Shown piece by piece: positions 37,201-51,200 of a DNA stretch of 64,000 nucleotides. Every line of letters begins with the position of its first letter. Position 1 is the stretch's first letter. The stretch comes from Eledone cirrhosa (Eukaryota), in assembly GCA_964016885.1 (NCBI GenBank), contig OZ024742.1, positions 137,392,001 to 137,456,000 on the forward strand. The letters are read 5' to 3'. The notes beneath the pieces were generated by a model that made no database searches, was not told the DNA's origin, and saw only the letters and a program-made list of their open reading frames with translations. The translations under genes and the position numbers were made by a program.

Positions 37201-39109
37201 AAAATCTGAATTAAGTTTATAAAAACTATAGGCAATACAAGATTTTCATACACTTTTCTGCTTTGATTTATGACTGTCAACAAATATTTTATATCTGTGG
37301 GCTTCACCTATTTCCTCCGTCAATGTTGGTCCACAAATTTGTAAACGATGAAATATTCTTCATTTTCAAGATCATCAATATTGAAGTTATTCTGCTTAAA
37401 GTGTTCGAATTCATTTTTCTTCATGACACAAATATAATGTGTTTTTTTTAAAGTTAATGAATGCTAGTTTTGTCTTCAAATATTACCACTAGTATTCTCT
37501 TAATCTATTGTGCATACTCATTATTGATTTATTGCATTGGCAAAATGTCATATTGGAGAGAATATAATTATATGTGCTATCCGATGATTTGGCACAGATG
37601 CTAGAGTGTCTGACTAAATATCTTACATCATTTACTTCTGTGCTTCTAAGTGTAGAATTCCAAACCCACCCGGGATAATTTGCCTCTTGTCTGTCCAATA
37701 AATGAAATAACACTCATGAAATAAAATCGATTGAATAAACTTTCAGTTTTTCTATACAAATATGAGACTTGAATGTATGTTAGAAATCAATATTAATATG
37801 CAATTAGAATATAAAGTGCGATGAGACTTGTTTAATTTTGTTTCTCAGTGTATGTCTGACGATCGTAAAATCGTGCGTTTAATTTCCGGGTGTGCGTTGA
37901 GTATTTGAGCAATACGCTTTGTTTAACCTTTCTCCAATCTACTCGAATTTAATAAATGAATTGTACCTATATGTTAAAGCGCAAGCATATTCATATTCAT
38001 TTTCTGGCTGAATCATCCTGCGGTTGCACGTGGCTTTTAGAAGGTGTAACTATTTGCATCTTGATTTCACGGGTATGGTATTCCTTTGACTGCATCACCA
38101 ACATAACCCATCGTCGAAAGTGACCAAGGTTCAAGAACAACATAATGCCCTCTATATTCATATTCTACAGACTAGCAACAATGGTTCCTTATACCTTTTA
38201 ATGGTTTCTCATACAGACTGGCAACAATACGATCGAGAACAGATAAAACGGATATAATTGGGAAAAATGCGTTTGGTTTCGTTATTGTAATATTGTGAGT
38301 TCAAATTACGAATTATCATTTATATTTTTTAGGTTGATAAAATCAGAACCTGACACTATAAACGTCCTACAAATTATTACTGACGTTATTCCTATGCTAG
38401 AAATCAATATTAATAAATAAGCCATTTGCCATCATGATTTTCTACATTTAATTATTTCTATATTCAATATTGCGGTGAATTATCAATATTCATAAGTGAT
38501 TCTACTAAAAACACGGCAAGTACACTGTTTCAATTATATCAGGTATAGCATAGATAATTGTCATACCTAAGGCTATTGACAATTTGTACAAGTCACAATT
38601 TCTAAATGTCATAGACAAGCTTCTAACCCTAGAATCACTTACTTTTATTTAAGCAGTACTTAGTAATAACAAGGGGATCTATTGAGATTTAATATTAACC
38701 TATGGTGCAATATCATACGTTCCTAATTTGTTAGAAAGAGTAGTCAATTTCCCTCAGATGGCATCCTACTTACACGTTCAAAAATTGTGTTCTATTCTTT
38801 GATATAGCATGGTACAATAAGAAATATGATATACACACATGTAATATCTTTGATCATGTTCGAACATAACTGACGTTGGGCTGCCTAAAAGAAGAGGCCA
38901 TCAGTTGTATGAAATGTCACCTTCATAAACAATACCTTTATATTTTTGACTATATGTGATACACATGAATGCTAGTGAACCGTAATTAATTACCAGCACG
39001 AGTGCTTATTATATGTCAATTAGTATATATATTTCAGAATAATAGTAAGAGCGAATTGGGTATGTAAACCACAAAATACATGTTTTCATATGGCTGTTTG
39101 GATGATATA

Positions 39110-39160
39110 CATGGCTTCTGATGAGGGTTAATCCAATCCGAAAATTGATTAAATGACTTC
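39110..39160 (+). ncRNA. Degenerate minimal hammerhead-like motif
   Basis: CTGATGA-GGGTT-aatcc-AATCC-GAAA with intact cores and stem II. Stems I and III are poor. Confidence 0.4.
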
Positions 39161-39921
39161 ACGATTCCTCAATTTACAAGGAAATTCGTATATTCTGAAA
39201 TGCTTACAGGCCTACATATTTGATATGTGAATATTCATATATACATTGGTGTTGTCCTGTTTATCCGCTCTGTAATTGTACTGATAAAACTGTCTCATAT
39301 CTATATGTATATATGTATGTATATGTATATATATATATATAAATATATATATTATATATATATATATATATATATGCATACATACATAGATACATACATA
39401 CGTGTTTGTGCACCAATCATCTGATTTGTTGTAATGATAACAAATATAATATGGCGTCTAAAGTAGATTTTTTAGCCAACATATTCTTGTGATCTAAATC
39501 ACGCGTATTCAGTGAATGTAAAAACCAGACGAACTAATGCCACAGTAGTAGAACATTCGCTGCCATTTTGACAGAACTTTGACATCAATATACGAAACTC
39601 GCAATAAAGCCGTCGGCGTAGTTTTGCTTCCTTTCGATAATGTCACCCAAGTAAATGGTCGAAACTGATATGTCTTAGCATATGTCTCAGCGGCATTGCA
39701 ACACTTTGAAACCAGCAGGATTTCATGAGTGTGTCGTTAAGAGAAATTCCAAAACCTACACACTGAGAAGCAGTCACACACATACAGACGTGCGTGTCCA
39801 TACAGACGTGTGCACACACATATATGTTCATATGATTGTGATTGTGCTTAACTAGATCCTTTATCATGATAAATAGAGACGTTAAACATATTAGCAATTG
39901 CATACACAGGAATGATGGTCT

Positions 39922-39922
39922 G

Positions 39923-40003
<81 letters not shown>

Positions 40004-40022
40004 TTATCTATCTATCTATCTA
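39922..40022. repeat. (TCTA)n microsatellite
   Basis: Read directly from the sequence. Confidence 0.95.
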
Positions 40023-40131
40023 GCTAACTATCTTTCTACCAAAATATCTATCTATATGTCTATCTATCATTCTATTTATCTATCTATCCATCCATCTCTC
40101 TATCTACCCATCTATCCATTACATTACATCC

Positions 40132-40173
<42 letters not shown>

Positions 40174-40209
40174 ACGTGTATATTTGAACCCCCCCCCCCA
40201 TAAAAAAAA

Positions 40210-40274
<65 letters not shown>

Positions 40275-40598
40275 CCCAGTGATATGATTTTAACAAAAGC
40301 AAGTCTAGAGCGGTTGACTTTAAGGAATCTTATCTCTTTCGTATCGGGCAGGTTACAAACATTGTGCACTCTGGAATCTGTAATATGCATTAGTAACAGT
40401 CCAAATATTGCCATCACCACTAACATCACCAATAACACAATCATTACACCACCCAAAACAACGGCAACAACAACATTAAAACTACCACCTATCAAGTTAT
40501 CACTAACATCAGCCTCATTAAAGCCAGCACTAACATCACTACCATGACAAACACCACAACAATCAACACCAACACCACAAATACAACAACAATAAAAC

Positions 40599-40661
<63 letters not shown>

Positions 40662-40663
40662 GT

Positions 40664-40721
<58 letters not shown>

Positions 40722-40770
40722 CAGCAGCAGTAGTACTAGTTTTAGTAGTTGTAGTAGTAGTAGCATCAGC

Positions 40771-40805
<35 letters not shown>

Positions 40806-40835
40806 GAGGAGGAGGAGTAGCAGCATCAGCATCAT
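40599..40835. repeat. (TAG)n microsatellite with CAG/GAG variants
   Basis: Read directly from the sequence. Confidence 0.95.
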
Positions 40836-41019
40836 CGGCTGCAGTTGCAGTTCTTGTTGGTGTCGTAGAGCATCTAAAAGAAAGAAAATACACTAAAAAA
40901 ACACAATAAACTAACAAACTAACAAACAAATATTAACATTTAATCCCTGAAGGTAGGGCAACCATATTCAAACCAGATAAAGTAAACAACAAAACAACAA
41001 ACTGCAACAGACCTGCAGA

Positions 41020-41580
41020 AACCAATTCATGACAATACAGCCAACATATTGCCAACATATTCTCAACATATGCCAAGACCTGAATTTCAATTCTAGAATC
41101 TTTGGAAATGACGAGACAGGAGAGCTGGCGCCCCCAGTTATTAGTGACTGCTTGTAGTTTCAAAAGCACTAATGGGGTTACAGCCTCGTAGGTGGCATGA
41201 TGATAGTGGCCAGCAAATCTTGCTCTCCTTTTACGTACAACGACAGATATGCGTGGGAGGCCGGCATATATCTCTCTCAAAGTCAGATCTCACCAGCTTA
41301 TGTTCGGAATGCGTTGAAGCAGGCGAGTGTAGGTGCCATCAAGTTACGTTTGTTGTTTGGATCAAACTGTCCATGTGTCACTTCCATATAGCAAGATTGG
41401 TTGAATTGTTACTTGGAAGAGTCTGATCTTTGTGTGATTGGAAAGATTTGAAGGCCAAACTCGATCCATCTTGCTGCAAGCTGACCATGCTCGGGCCTTT
41501 CTGGTGGGAAAATCCTTCTAAGACTCCATGACCCAGGACTCAAGATACTTGCAATCCTCGACTTGCTTGGTAATATGAGT
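41020..41580 (-). mobile_element. RTE-clade LINE, post-RT fragment
   Basis: Manual translation VEDCKYLESW...KARAWSACSKM...KIRLFQVTIQPILLYGSDTWT, then IYAGLPRISVVVRKRRARFAGH. Confidence 0.8.
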
Positions 41581-41929
41581 GGTAATATGCGGTGAATATG
41601 TACTTCCGGGTCCCAAATAATAGGGGGCGTTGGAATAAGCGAAGGGGAGGGGGGGGGTGACATTTGCTTAAATTCTCATAAGCAGCGGGTTGGGAAATCG
41701 GTGCTTGTATATTGTACGGTCATAAATGTGGGATTTCTTGAATGTTCTTTTTTGTCATATACATTTTTTTTTATGTAAAATAAAATTATTATTAGATTCT
41801 CCAGTTGCTGTATGAATATGAATCATTTACTATAATAATTTCGCCAGAGATAGATTAGCGAAATTTAATAAGAGGGGGCAGGGACTGAAACATTAATAAG
41901 CGGGGAAGGGATGAGTTTTCAAAACCTTG

Positions 41930-44377
41930 AGAGTAGGTAAATTATACCCTGAAGACAGAATTCAGACGGAAATAATCGAAGATATCCAAACAATAGAAAA
42001 TGTCCTTCTGTACGCCAGGATACATTTCCCCAAAATTAAAATCATTCGTTAAATAGCAACAATTATACAAAATGATCCTGGAGATCATATAATTATGTAA
42101 CTAGCATTAAAAATATATGCAAACAACATCGTTGTCACAAAGAAAGTAGGTACTCCCTTAGATCTGCACAAACGAGTATAGCAAAACATACACAAACATG
42201 GAAGTAAAATATACATAAATAAAAGAAAAGACCTCTCAATATTAAATGAAATAGGAAAGAAAGCGACAAAAGAAAGGCAATTCTCTGAAGCTAAGGATTG
42301 CTTAAAACAAGAAATATTTGCAAAGACACAAAGAATCCGGAAATATAAAATACGTCAATATATTTTTCGAACAAACCAACAATTTCACTCGAAACAAAAG
42401 CTATCCGAATCCGGAAATTAGAAGAAACAAAATAGACGTAAATGTAGCTTTAAATGTAAAAGAGGCAATAGAATTCTGAGTAAGAGTGATGGCATTCGGG
42501 GAATCTCCACACACCGGAATAATAGGAACAACGAACACAGGCCCCGAGCAACGATGGGGAGACATTACAAGAAAGGAAGGGTTTAACGCACTAAAAACAC
42601 AAACAAGTGGAAGGTAGCATAGTATGACAAATTCCTAAATTTCTGGTAGAAATATTTTACAGCTCCACATGTCGTTGATGAAAAAGGTTTAATGAGATAC
42701 TGACGAAGCTAAAAATGCACTCGACTTGCGCACTAAAGGGAAAACTACCCTGATATTCAAGAATACTGACACAGTGATTCCCCTAAACTACAGAAACATA
42801 ACACTCTCCAAGCACATTAAAAACCAACCTGTTTCTAGGAGACTAGAAAGCCTCATGTGATTGTAAAGACCAATTAGTAATAAACAAAGTCATAATAGAA
42901 AACTGCAGAAACAGAAACAAAATCTCTGAATGTCATGAATTGATTACCAGAATGCATTTGACAGTGTTTCCCATACACTAGCCATAAATATTGTAGCGCT
43001 TAAAAGAGACATTTATCAAACAGACAGTGAGTAAGTGGCAAATAGTTCAGCAGATATAATCGAAAGATAGATTAAAAGAAACTGAACCCAATTAACTGAA
43101 GGTTATTTGAAGGGGAATCCCTTTCACTATTAATATTGCGCCTAGCCTTGACCCCATTATCTGAGAATGAATGGACTTGGTTATATTTGCTACGGTAAGA
43201 AGATTAACCATCTCATATATATGGATACGCTGCAGAGAAAGGACAATTTAAACACTGCTGTAGAGAGAATATGGATTCATAAAACAAGTATATAGGAAAT
43301 TTGGACTAGAATGCGTCAAAGCAACGCTGAAGATAGGAAAAAACTAGTGATAATTCTTGACAAAGAAACTGCGATAATAATATTAAATCAAATAAAGGTA
43401 TCTAAATACTTAGGAAGCACAGAACTAGGTGGTGTTCAATACACAAATGAAGGAACAACTTAGAAAGGAATAATATAGATGGATTAGATTACTACAGAAC
43501 TAAATGCATAAATAAGGTAGTAGGCATCAATACTCTATAGATCCCCAAAAGTAAACTCGAGTTTTAACATTGTTTCCTAGTCATTAACATAACTAGCATT
43601 ACTAGTGGGGAAACATGTAAAATAATGACTGTGTAAAAATATACCACGTAAAATCATGTATAGAACGGTTATAACTACCACAAACACAAGGGAAAAGGGA
43701 TCTTATGCAACTAGAAAACTATTATAAAATAAATAGTATTAGCTTAAAATCATGTGCAATGTAGAATAATGGTGAATTCTTCTTCTTCTTCTTCTTCTTC
43801 TTCTTCTTCTTCTTCTTCTTCTCCTTCTCCCCCCCCCCCCTTCCTCCTCCTCCTCTCTGAGAGGGGCCTATTGGCAGAATCCTAAAAAACTCCTCCCAAC
43901 AGGTCCTGTCAGAAGAATCCATTTCCAACTGATCCGGCTGGATCACAAAGTAAGACCAGTTGAGTTCATGGATGTTATCCAGCCATCTTGCTTGGCGTCT
44001 ACTCTAGTTCTCCTGCTAGTTTGTTTTGCGCAGGCATATATCTATCAAGTAAATGGAAAAATAATCGAAATATAAAGATCCGGCAATAAAAGTAACCCAG
44101 ATGTGAATAGAGGAACAGAAACAGTCTCTAATATTATGTGTACTTGGAATGATAAAGAACACAAAACTCATAAACAGATACATAACCAAAACTACCGGAC
44201 TTACAAATATACACAACATACAGAATATCACACTACAGCTCACTGCACACATAGTACGAAGTGTACTCTCAATATATAAAACATAAAAAAACAACACTTC
44301 ATATTTCTAATGCAAACATAGCTGTGCCCGGTAATGCAGTGACGTCATGCAATTAAAAAACACTAATATTAATAATA
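41930..44377 (+). mobile_element. Ancient R4/Dong-like element, heavily degraded and interrupted at about 43778-44030
   Basis: Remnants of WK..G.D..PNFW, KDQLVINK, DY..AFDSV, GESLSLL, NHLIYMD, KYLG, KYKD and TAHIVRSVLSI*, followed by a (TAA)n tail. Confidence 0.7.
43778..44030 (-). mobile_element. RTE-like 3' fragment with (GAA)n tail
   Basis: Minus strand R.RRQARWLDNI..., ending in a GAA run (CTT on + at 43778-43822). Confidence 0.55.
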
Positions 44378-44552
44378 ATTGTTTCTACTTTAGGCACAAG
44401 GCCAGCAATTACTGGTACTTTATTTTATCGACCCCGTAAGGATGAAAGGCAAAGTCAACCTCGGCGGGATTTGAACTCAGATCGTAAAGGGACGTAACTA
44501 TGCTGGAAAGCATGGCGTCCGACCTTCTACCCATACTGCCAATCCACCGCCC
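44369..44552 (-). mobile_element. tRNA-derived SINE in the TAA tail of the old Dong
   Basis: Reverse complement of the SINE consensus, with taataat at both ends. Confidence 0.9.
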
Positions 44553-44913
44553 TAATAATATTATTCGTGTGGCATTAAGTATAAAGTAGAATGTCTGTTT
44601 TGTAATTGACGTAGCAAATTTCCGTTTGATACCAAAAGAAAAAAAATGAGGAAAAAAGTAGAATTTGAAATATGAAATACTCAAGTGCCGGAATAATGAA
44701 GTTGAAAAGGTCAGGATCATGCTAATTATCAGTATAACCAAGGAAACTGTGATGAAAATATTGAAAGTAAAACGTATACCGTTAGGTCCTAATCTGGGAG
44801 TGGTAAAGTGCGAAAAAAAAAAACAGTAATGTTTATTTGAAAATACAGAAATTATAAAAAATAGTCCTCGATATAAAATAAGGACAGATATATAGACTAT
44901 CATTATAGGAGAA

Positions 44914-45094
44914 GGAATTGGCAGTATCTGTAGAGGGTGGGTTGGCAGTATCGGTAGAGTGTCTGACGCTATACTTTGACGCATAGAGTTACGGCCCTTG
45001 CCATTCTGAGTTCAAATCCCGCCGAGGTTAACTTCGTCTTTCATCCTTACGGGGTCGATAATTGCTGGCCTTGTGCCAAAAGTAGAAACAATTA
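44914..45094 (+). mobile_element. SINE with duplicated 5' head and 12-bp TSD attataggagaa
   Basis: TSD at 44902-44913 and 45091-45102. 'ttggcagtatc' occurs twice. Confidence 0.88.
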
Positions 45095-45415
45095 TAGGAG
45101 AATGAAAAAGAATGCTTCTCGTTCTATTCAACATGTAACAGATTGATATGAATCGTAAACAAATGTGTTACAATAATATTATCTAATTTCATTTTATCCT
45201 TATTGTTGTTGATAGTGTTTTATATAGTTCCTGTTTCTCATGTTCTTCTACAACCATTTCTCATACCTTGAACTTTCAGAAGCACGGCCTTTCCTTTCAA
45301 AAATACGATATGACAACCGTCCGGAATAGCACTGGGATCCTAGGGGCTGTTTATGAATTGTATATACACTGAAAGACCAGTCGACAATATATTATTTCTG
45401 CTTATCTTCATACGT

Positions 45416-45606
45416 AATAATAATTGTTTCTACTTTTGGCATAAGGCCAGCAATTAGTAGTATATTACGGGTACTTTATTTTATCGACCCCATAAGGATG
45501 AAAGGCAAAGTTAACCTCGACAGGATTTGAACTCAGACCGAAATGGGACGTACCTGTGCTAGAAAGCATGGCGTCCAACCCGCTACTGATACTGCCAATT
45601 CACCGC
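45416..45606 (-). mobile_element. SINE copy 1 of tandem triplet
   Basis: Reverse complement of the SINE consensus. Confidence 0.9.
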
Positions 45607-45617
45607 TCTTCATACGT

Positions 45618-45811
45618 AATAATAATTGTTTCTATTTTAGGCACAAGGCCAGCAATTACCCAGTACATTACTGGTACTTTATTTTATCGACGCCGTAAGG
45701 ATGAAAGGCAAAGTTAACCTCGGCGGGATTTGAACTCAGATCATAAAGGGACGTAACTCTATGCTTCAAAGCATGGTGTCCAACTCTCTACCGATACTGC
45801 CAATCCATCGC
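45618..45811 (-). mobile_element. SINE copy 2 of tandem triplet
   Basis: Reverse complement of the SINE consensus. Confidence 0.9.
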
Positions 45812-45820
45812 TTCATACGT

Positions 45821-46015
45821 AATAATAATTGTTTCTACTTTTGGCACAAGGACAGCAAATTACCCAGTGCATTACTGGTACTTTATTTTATCGAACCCGT
45901 AAGGATGAAAGGCAAAGTTAACCTCGGCGGGATTTGAACTCAGAATGGCAAGGACCGTAACTCTATGCGTCAAAGCATGGCGTCCGACCCTCTACCAATA
46001 CTGCCAATCCACCGC
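45821..46015 (-). mobile_element. SINE copy 3 of tandem triplet
   Basis: Reverse complement of the SINE consensus. Confidence 0.9.
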
Positions 46016-46341
46016 AATAATAATGTAGGCCAAATGTGATGAACTGTGAAGTGTCGACATCAATGTAAATATTTTTCACCTTGGCTCTAGTAATCCGTCG
46101 AACCCTACTATATTGTCGCATTAACATATTGGTTGGTGTTTAGCAACTTCTCTTTTTTGCATCTCGCTCGTAATTCGAACGTAAATACATCCCTTCTACA
46201 GTAAATGTTATCATTATCAAGTTTGTAATCCACCAACTGGGATCTTAGAGACATCACTCTTTTAAGTAATCCTAAATTTCAGCAATGGTGCTGCGTTGTT
46301 ATTAAATGGCTCTTGTGTTGCATTTCTATTTCTCTCTCAAT

Positions 46342-46344
<3 letters not shown>

Positions 46345-46430
<86 letters not shown>

Positions 46431-46460
46431 ATCTATCTATCTATCTATCTATCTGTCTAT
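46345..46460. repeat. (CT)n(CTAT)n microsatellite
   Basis: Read directly from the sequence. Confidence 0.95.
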
Positions 46461-48148
46461 TTCTTTTTCTCTCTCTTTCCGTTCCCCCGTGTTTCCAAAT
46501 TCTCAATTAGCTCTTACTGCTAATACTGGGTTTCCACTCTGCACCTCCAATCTCCTGCTTTATTTCGGTAATATTTTTGTAGTTGTTGGGAGTCATCCCG
46601 ATTTTGAAATGCTTATGAAGCCATCCAATTTCATGGAAATGTTCTTCATATTTGCACTTACAATTCACCAATTTTGTGCTATTTTCAGTTCGTCCTTCAT
46701 GATCGAATAGTCCATTACTTTCAAAGATTGAAATGAATCAGTGCGCAATGTAACTGTCTATGAATATGGTTGTCCCCCTTACGTGGGGATGACCCATGTA
46801 TTGCGGTATGGGTATATTGTCAGTTGTGAATCATACCATCATTGTTCATCGCTTTATTTCTGCATCAGCCTAAAATATTAAGGATAAATTTCTGTGTGAG
46901 TATGTGCCTTCATTAGGCAACACACTAATACACTATTGGTTCATGGTATTCTTATCGTTCTCATATGAATGTCCATTAATGACCTTCACCGTTCTATGCA
47001 AATTGTCTATTTTGGGACGCAATTTACATTCCATTAGACAAAGTTCTTGTGAGACACGGCTCCCAGGTACCATTTTATTGGGAAGCATATATGAGTCTTG
47101 TTGTTGCTGTCTGCCTATTAACAACGAATAGTAAAGTTAACATCGCCACCCTTTTCTGTCTCAAATAATTATTTTCTTCGTGTGTGTCTCTTCCAGATTT
47201 GTAGTCGTCATTTGTTTGTGTTTTTTTTATTTTTTGCCTCCCGCTTTTAATATTATTCATTCATATAATTTATTTTCCTTTTGTGTTTGACTATGAGTCA
47301 TAATTGTTTATGTTGGTTCTACCACCTTGTACAAAACAGATTTTCCTGCTACCTGAACAGATGAAACTGACTTTAAATATGGTTAAGCGAAACAAATTAA
47401 GTATAAAGTTTTGAAATATGTTTTCTTTTTCTTCTGACAACATATATATTTTAAAAGCAGACACCAACGTCACATTCTAATACGTTCATGTGATACGACA
47501 CAGAGGAAAATCCACAATATGTGCATCTAAACTGAATAGGGATGCGTAAAGCGTCTAAACAGAAGAAGAAATAAATAATAATTGACAGACAACAGGCAAA
47601 CAAGTAAACAAATATAAAAAAAGAAACTTTCCAAACGCCATATGTATTATTTTTGTTAGATCTGGGAATCCATTCACCCGAAAGTTAACTGGGCAGCTGT
47701 GAGAGTTGAGAATTTCTGCCTTGACATATCAATTAAAAGAAAAACATTCCATGAGGGTTTTCAATTGAAAGAACAATTTTACCATAAATACATACACATA
47801 TTTTACACACATATATGTGTTTCATTCATATATATACTCTCTTTTCCGAGAATGTATACATATTTACAGGGGGAAACAAATCTCTGTATACTCGCTTACA
47901 CACGTATAAACAAACAGATCCGTTCAGATATTTACATAGATATGCTGATTAGTTCGGAATCGGTTACAGGCAACTACACACTTCTATATAGAACGGAACA
48001 CATAAACATAAAAAGCATAATAGAATAAGCCTAAAGACCCATACACAAACAGGCGTTTATACATAGTCCGCAAAATACTGCACAAACTCTTCCCACTCAG
48101 TCAGACAAATATATATCTATGTATTTACCTCTATATATATGGACACAA

Positions 48149-48204
<56 letters not shown>

Positions 48205-48285
48205 ACTCATACACATATGCGCACAGACAAGCATACGTGTATATAAGTATATGTGTGCGTGTTTGTTTGTTTGTGGTGGTCTGTG

Positions 48286-51200
48286 ATAATAATGCTTTCC
48301 TTATTAACCACAAGGGTTTACATAAAGTAGACATTAAGGACAGTACAGGAGAATACAGGACAGTACAAATGGGCATTTCTGGGTGTAAAAAAAAACAAAG
48401 GATGTAACAAAAAAATAACAATGAAAGATACCCCAATAGGGGGGAAACTTCCGAGGGACATTTATGGAGAAAGCCCATTAAAAGGCCACAGTGACCCTGA
48501 CCACCAGTGCAAGTGCCTTCTCCCAGTTTTCCACCTTTAATTTACAGACACATACTCAGAGTAGGCCCATTCACTCGGGCCATTCTTGCTTCTCTCACCC
48601 ATCTTTCAACAAAATGCTGGGAAGAGAGCACTTCCCTCTCTACCCTGATTTTCCTTTTCAAATGAAATTTGAAAAAGTTAATCAGGGCATCACCGAAGAG
48701 GTAAGTGCTCGTCTTCAGCCCTTTCAAACGTGTCTACCATACTATCTCTTTCACCATGGCCACCAGACAGATGAAAACTTCCTGCCCTTTCCGGCTAAAG
48801 GAAGAGGGCGGGGCAATCCTCACGATGGACTCAGCTGATAGCTGCATCCATCCTACACGCGACAGCAAGTGTTCGACATAAACCCGCACGTCAGCAATGC
48901 TCGGACACTGGACGAGTGCGTGCAGGACGGTTTCGTCGCCCTGCGCGCATCTCGGATATGCCCAGTTGACGGCACCTCCATCCTTGTAGAGTTTATCCCG
49001 AACTTGCAAAGCTCCTCAGTAGCACTACCAGCCCAGGGATTTCTGGAGGTTGTCCATAGGCCCCGGCCCGAATGTTCTTCCGAAGAGATTGGCTAGTTGA
49101 TTTTCGTCGACTCCTAGAGTTTACCCCAAGTACGACGTCGCTCTTCCCCTCCAATAATCCTCCATAGAACGCCAAGGTGGAGTTTCTACCGATCACATTG
49201 CTCGATTGGTCGAGGGCTGTGAGCGCCTGAAGACATTCCAGTCTCCAAGCGCTCCCTCTCGGTCTTCGCTTGACCCAGGACTGCAGCTCCGTCAAGGAGG
49301 CAAGCTGGGGAAAGACGCGTTTAGCAAACGGCGACCACACCTAATCACCGTCGACGAAGAGGTGGAGATGTCGTAGCCTGAGCGCCTGTCGGCGCATCAT
49401 CAGCCACGGCACGCCCATCCCTCCGCGTAGCGTGTGTTTACAGCAGATGGACCGCCTGACCATCGGAGTGCGTCCCTTCCACAAAAAGCGAAAGAGCAAA
49501 CGCTCCAGCGCAGTCAGGCGGGGCTTAGGACAAGGTACGATGGTCAGGCGGTAATAGATGACGGATGCGAGGTACGCATTAGCCACCTCCGCTCGACCTT
49601 TCTGGGTGAGAGAAGCCAGGTGCGCAACTGCAGGCCCACTGACTTTTTGTGGTTGATCATTGCTCCTGTCACCGCTTCGTATTCTCTTAGTGTAGTGCCA
49701 ATCACCTCGATGTGTTTGGCGTTCGACACCACTACGGTGACATCGTCCGCATATGCTGACACGGATCTTCCGCATCCTAGTTCACGCAGGATCCCCCTCA
49801 GCGTCTCCAGTTTGTGCAGTAATGGCTCGAGAGTCAATACGTACAAGAGGGACGAGAGGGGACATCCTTGGCGGACCGAGCGCATGATGTTGAACGGTTC
49901 CGAAAGGTGACCGTTCACTATCACCACAGAGCAGATGTCGCTGTGCATGGCAGCGATTCAGCCTCTGAAGACGGGCCCAAAGCCAGCCGCTCTCAGGACT
50001 GCCGCTAGGTAACGATGGTCGACCCTATCGAAAGCTTTCGACTGATCTAAATTGATCAAGGACCCACCCGTGCCAGGTTCCCTAGCTACCGAGTCTACGG
50101 TGTATCGCATGAGGTGGAGGTTGTCGTGGATGGATCTGTCGGGAATGGCGCATGTCTGCGTCTCTCCCACCAGACCACCAACGACAAGCGCCGACCTCTT
50201 TGCTAGCACTTTGGCCAAAATCTTGAACTCTGTGTTTAGCAGAGTTATCGGCCTGAAATTATGTTATCCCCCTTGTTATGAAATTATGTTATCCCCCGCT
50301 CTTCGACTCACAGAGCTGGGAATTCTCCTGTTCTGTTGCCAGTTGCATTAGACGTCCGCCAAGAGGCCTCCGAACAAGTCTGGCATATGTACGTAAAGTT
50401 CATAGGACAGACCACCCAAACCAGGTGATTTACCCCTTGTGCAGCGAGTCATTGCCTCCCGTCTGAGAGCACGCACCCTAGCTCTGACAACGCAGCCTTC
50501 GTGCTTTGCATTGAAGAATTGGTCAAGAGCCAATTTTGCTGCAAGTACGTCGGTCGCGATGCCTTTGCTAAGCGCCTCATCTAATTTTCTAACTAGTTCT
50601 CCCTCTGCTCTATTTGTCTCTATTGCTAAAGCCTTACTAAGCCTAATGGCTTCTATTCTAATCGCTCTTTTCAGAGCAAACCACCACTTGTTGTTGACGA
50701 TGGCGCTCGTCAACGCCCGCTTAAATAGTTTGCTAATCCAGTCTCTGTAGGCCTTGCACGCTGGTAAGGGCGCGTTTAGCTTCCAGTAACCGGGTCCTCG
50801 TCTATGAATTTTGGACAGCCTATGCTAGGCCTATTTATTTCCCTACAAAATATTCTATCTAGATATGATCTGGATTGTCCCTATGCGGTGTGTCCAAGTC
50901 CACATTGGCACATTCGGGAAATCCAATCGGTACCTGTCAGACAGTTCAAAAGGCCTGAGAGGTTGGTGAGTCTCTTAAACTCTCCTCCCTTATCCGCTAA
51001 TCCCACACAGTCCCAGCATGCATCTAAGATCCCGTTCCAGTCGCCCACTAACACTAAAGAGTGGGACGTTCCAAGAAAGGTCTCCAGGCGCCGGAAGAAA
51101 TCAGGCCGCCCTGCTCCTGTCGGGGCATAGACGGCCACTAGCCTGGAAGCTTGCCCGTTGTGGGTCCAGGAAGATGGCCCGTATGGTGATATCCCAACCT

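Noticed and set aside
44409-44984. 191-aa hydrophobic ORF resembling a membrane protein
   Set aside because: It begins and ends inside SINEs and spans AT-rich sequence; no recognisable motif.
45405-46024. Regularly spaced short repeats resembling a CRISPR array
   Set aside because: The 'spacers' are homologous SINE copies and the repeats fit TSDs; the context is eukaryotic with no cas genes.
46530-47130. Possible Dong N-terminal fossil on the minus strand
   Set aside because: Only vague similarity; I could not recover diagnostic motifs.
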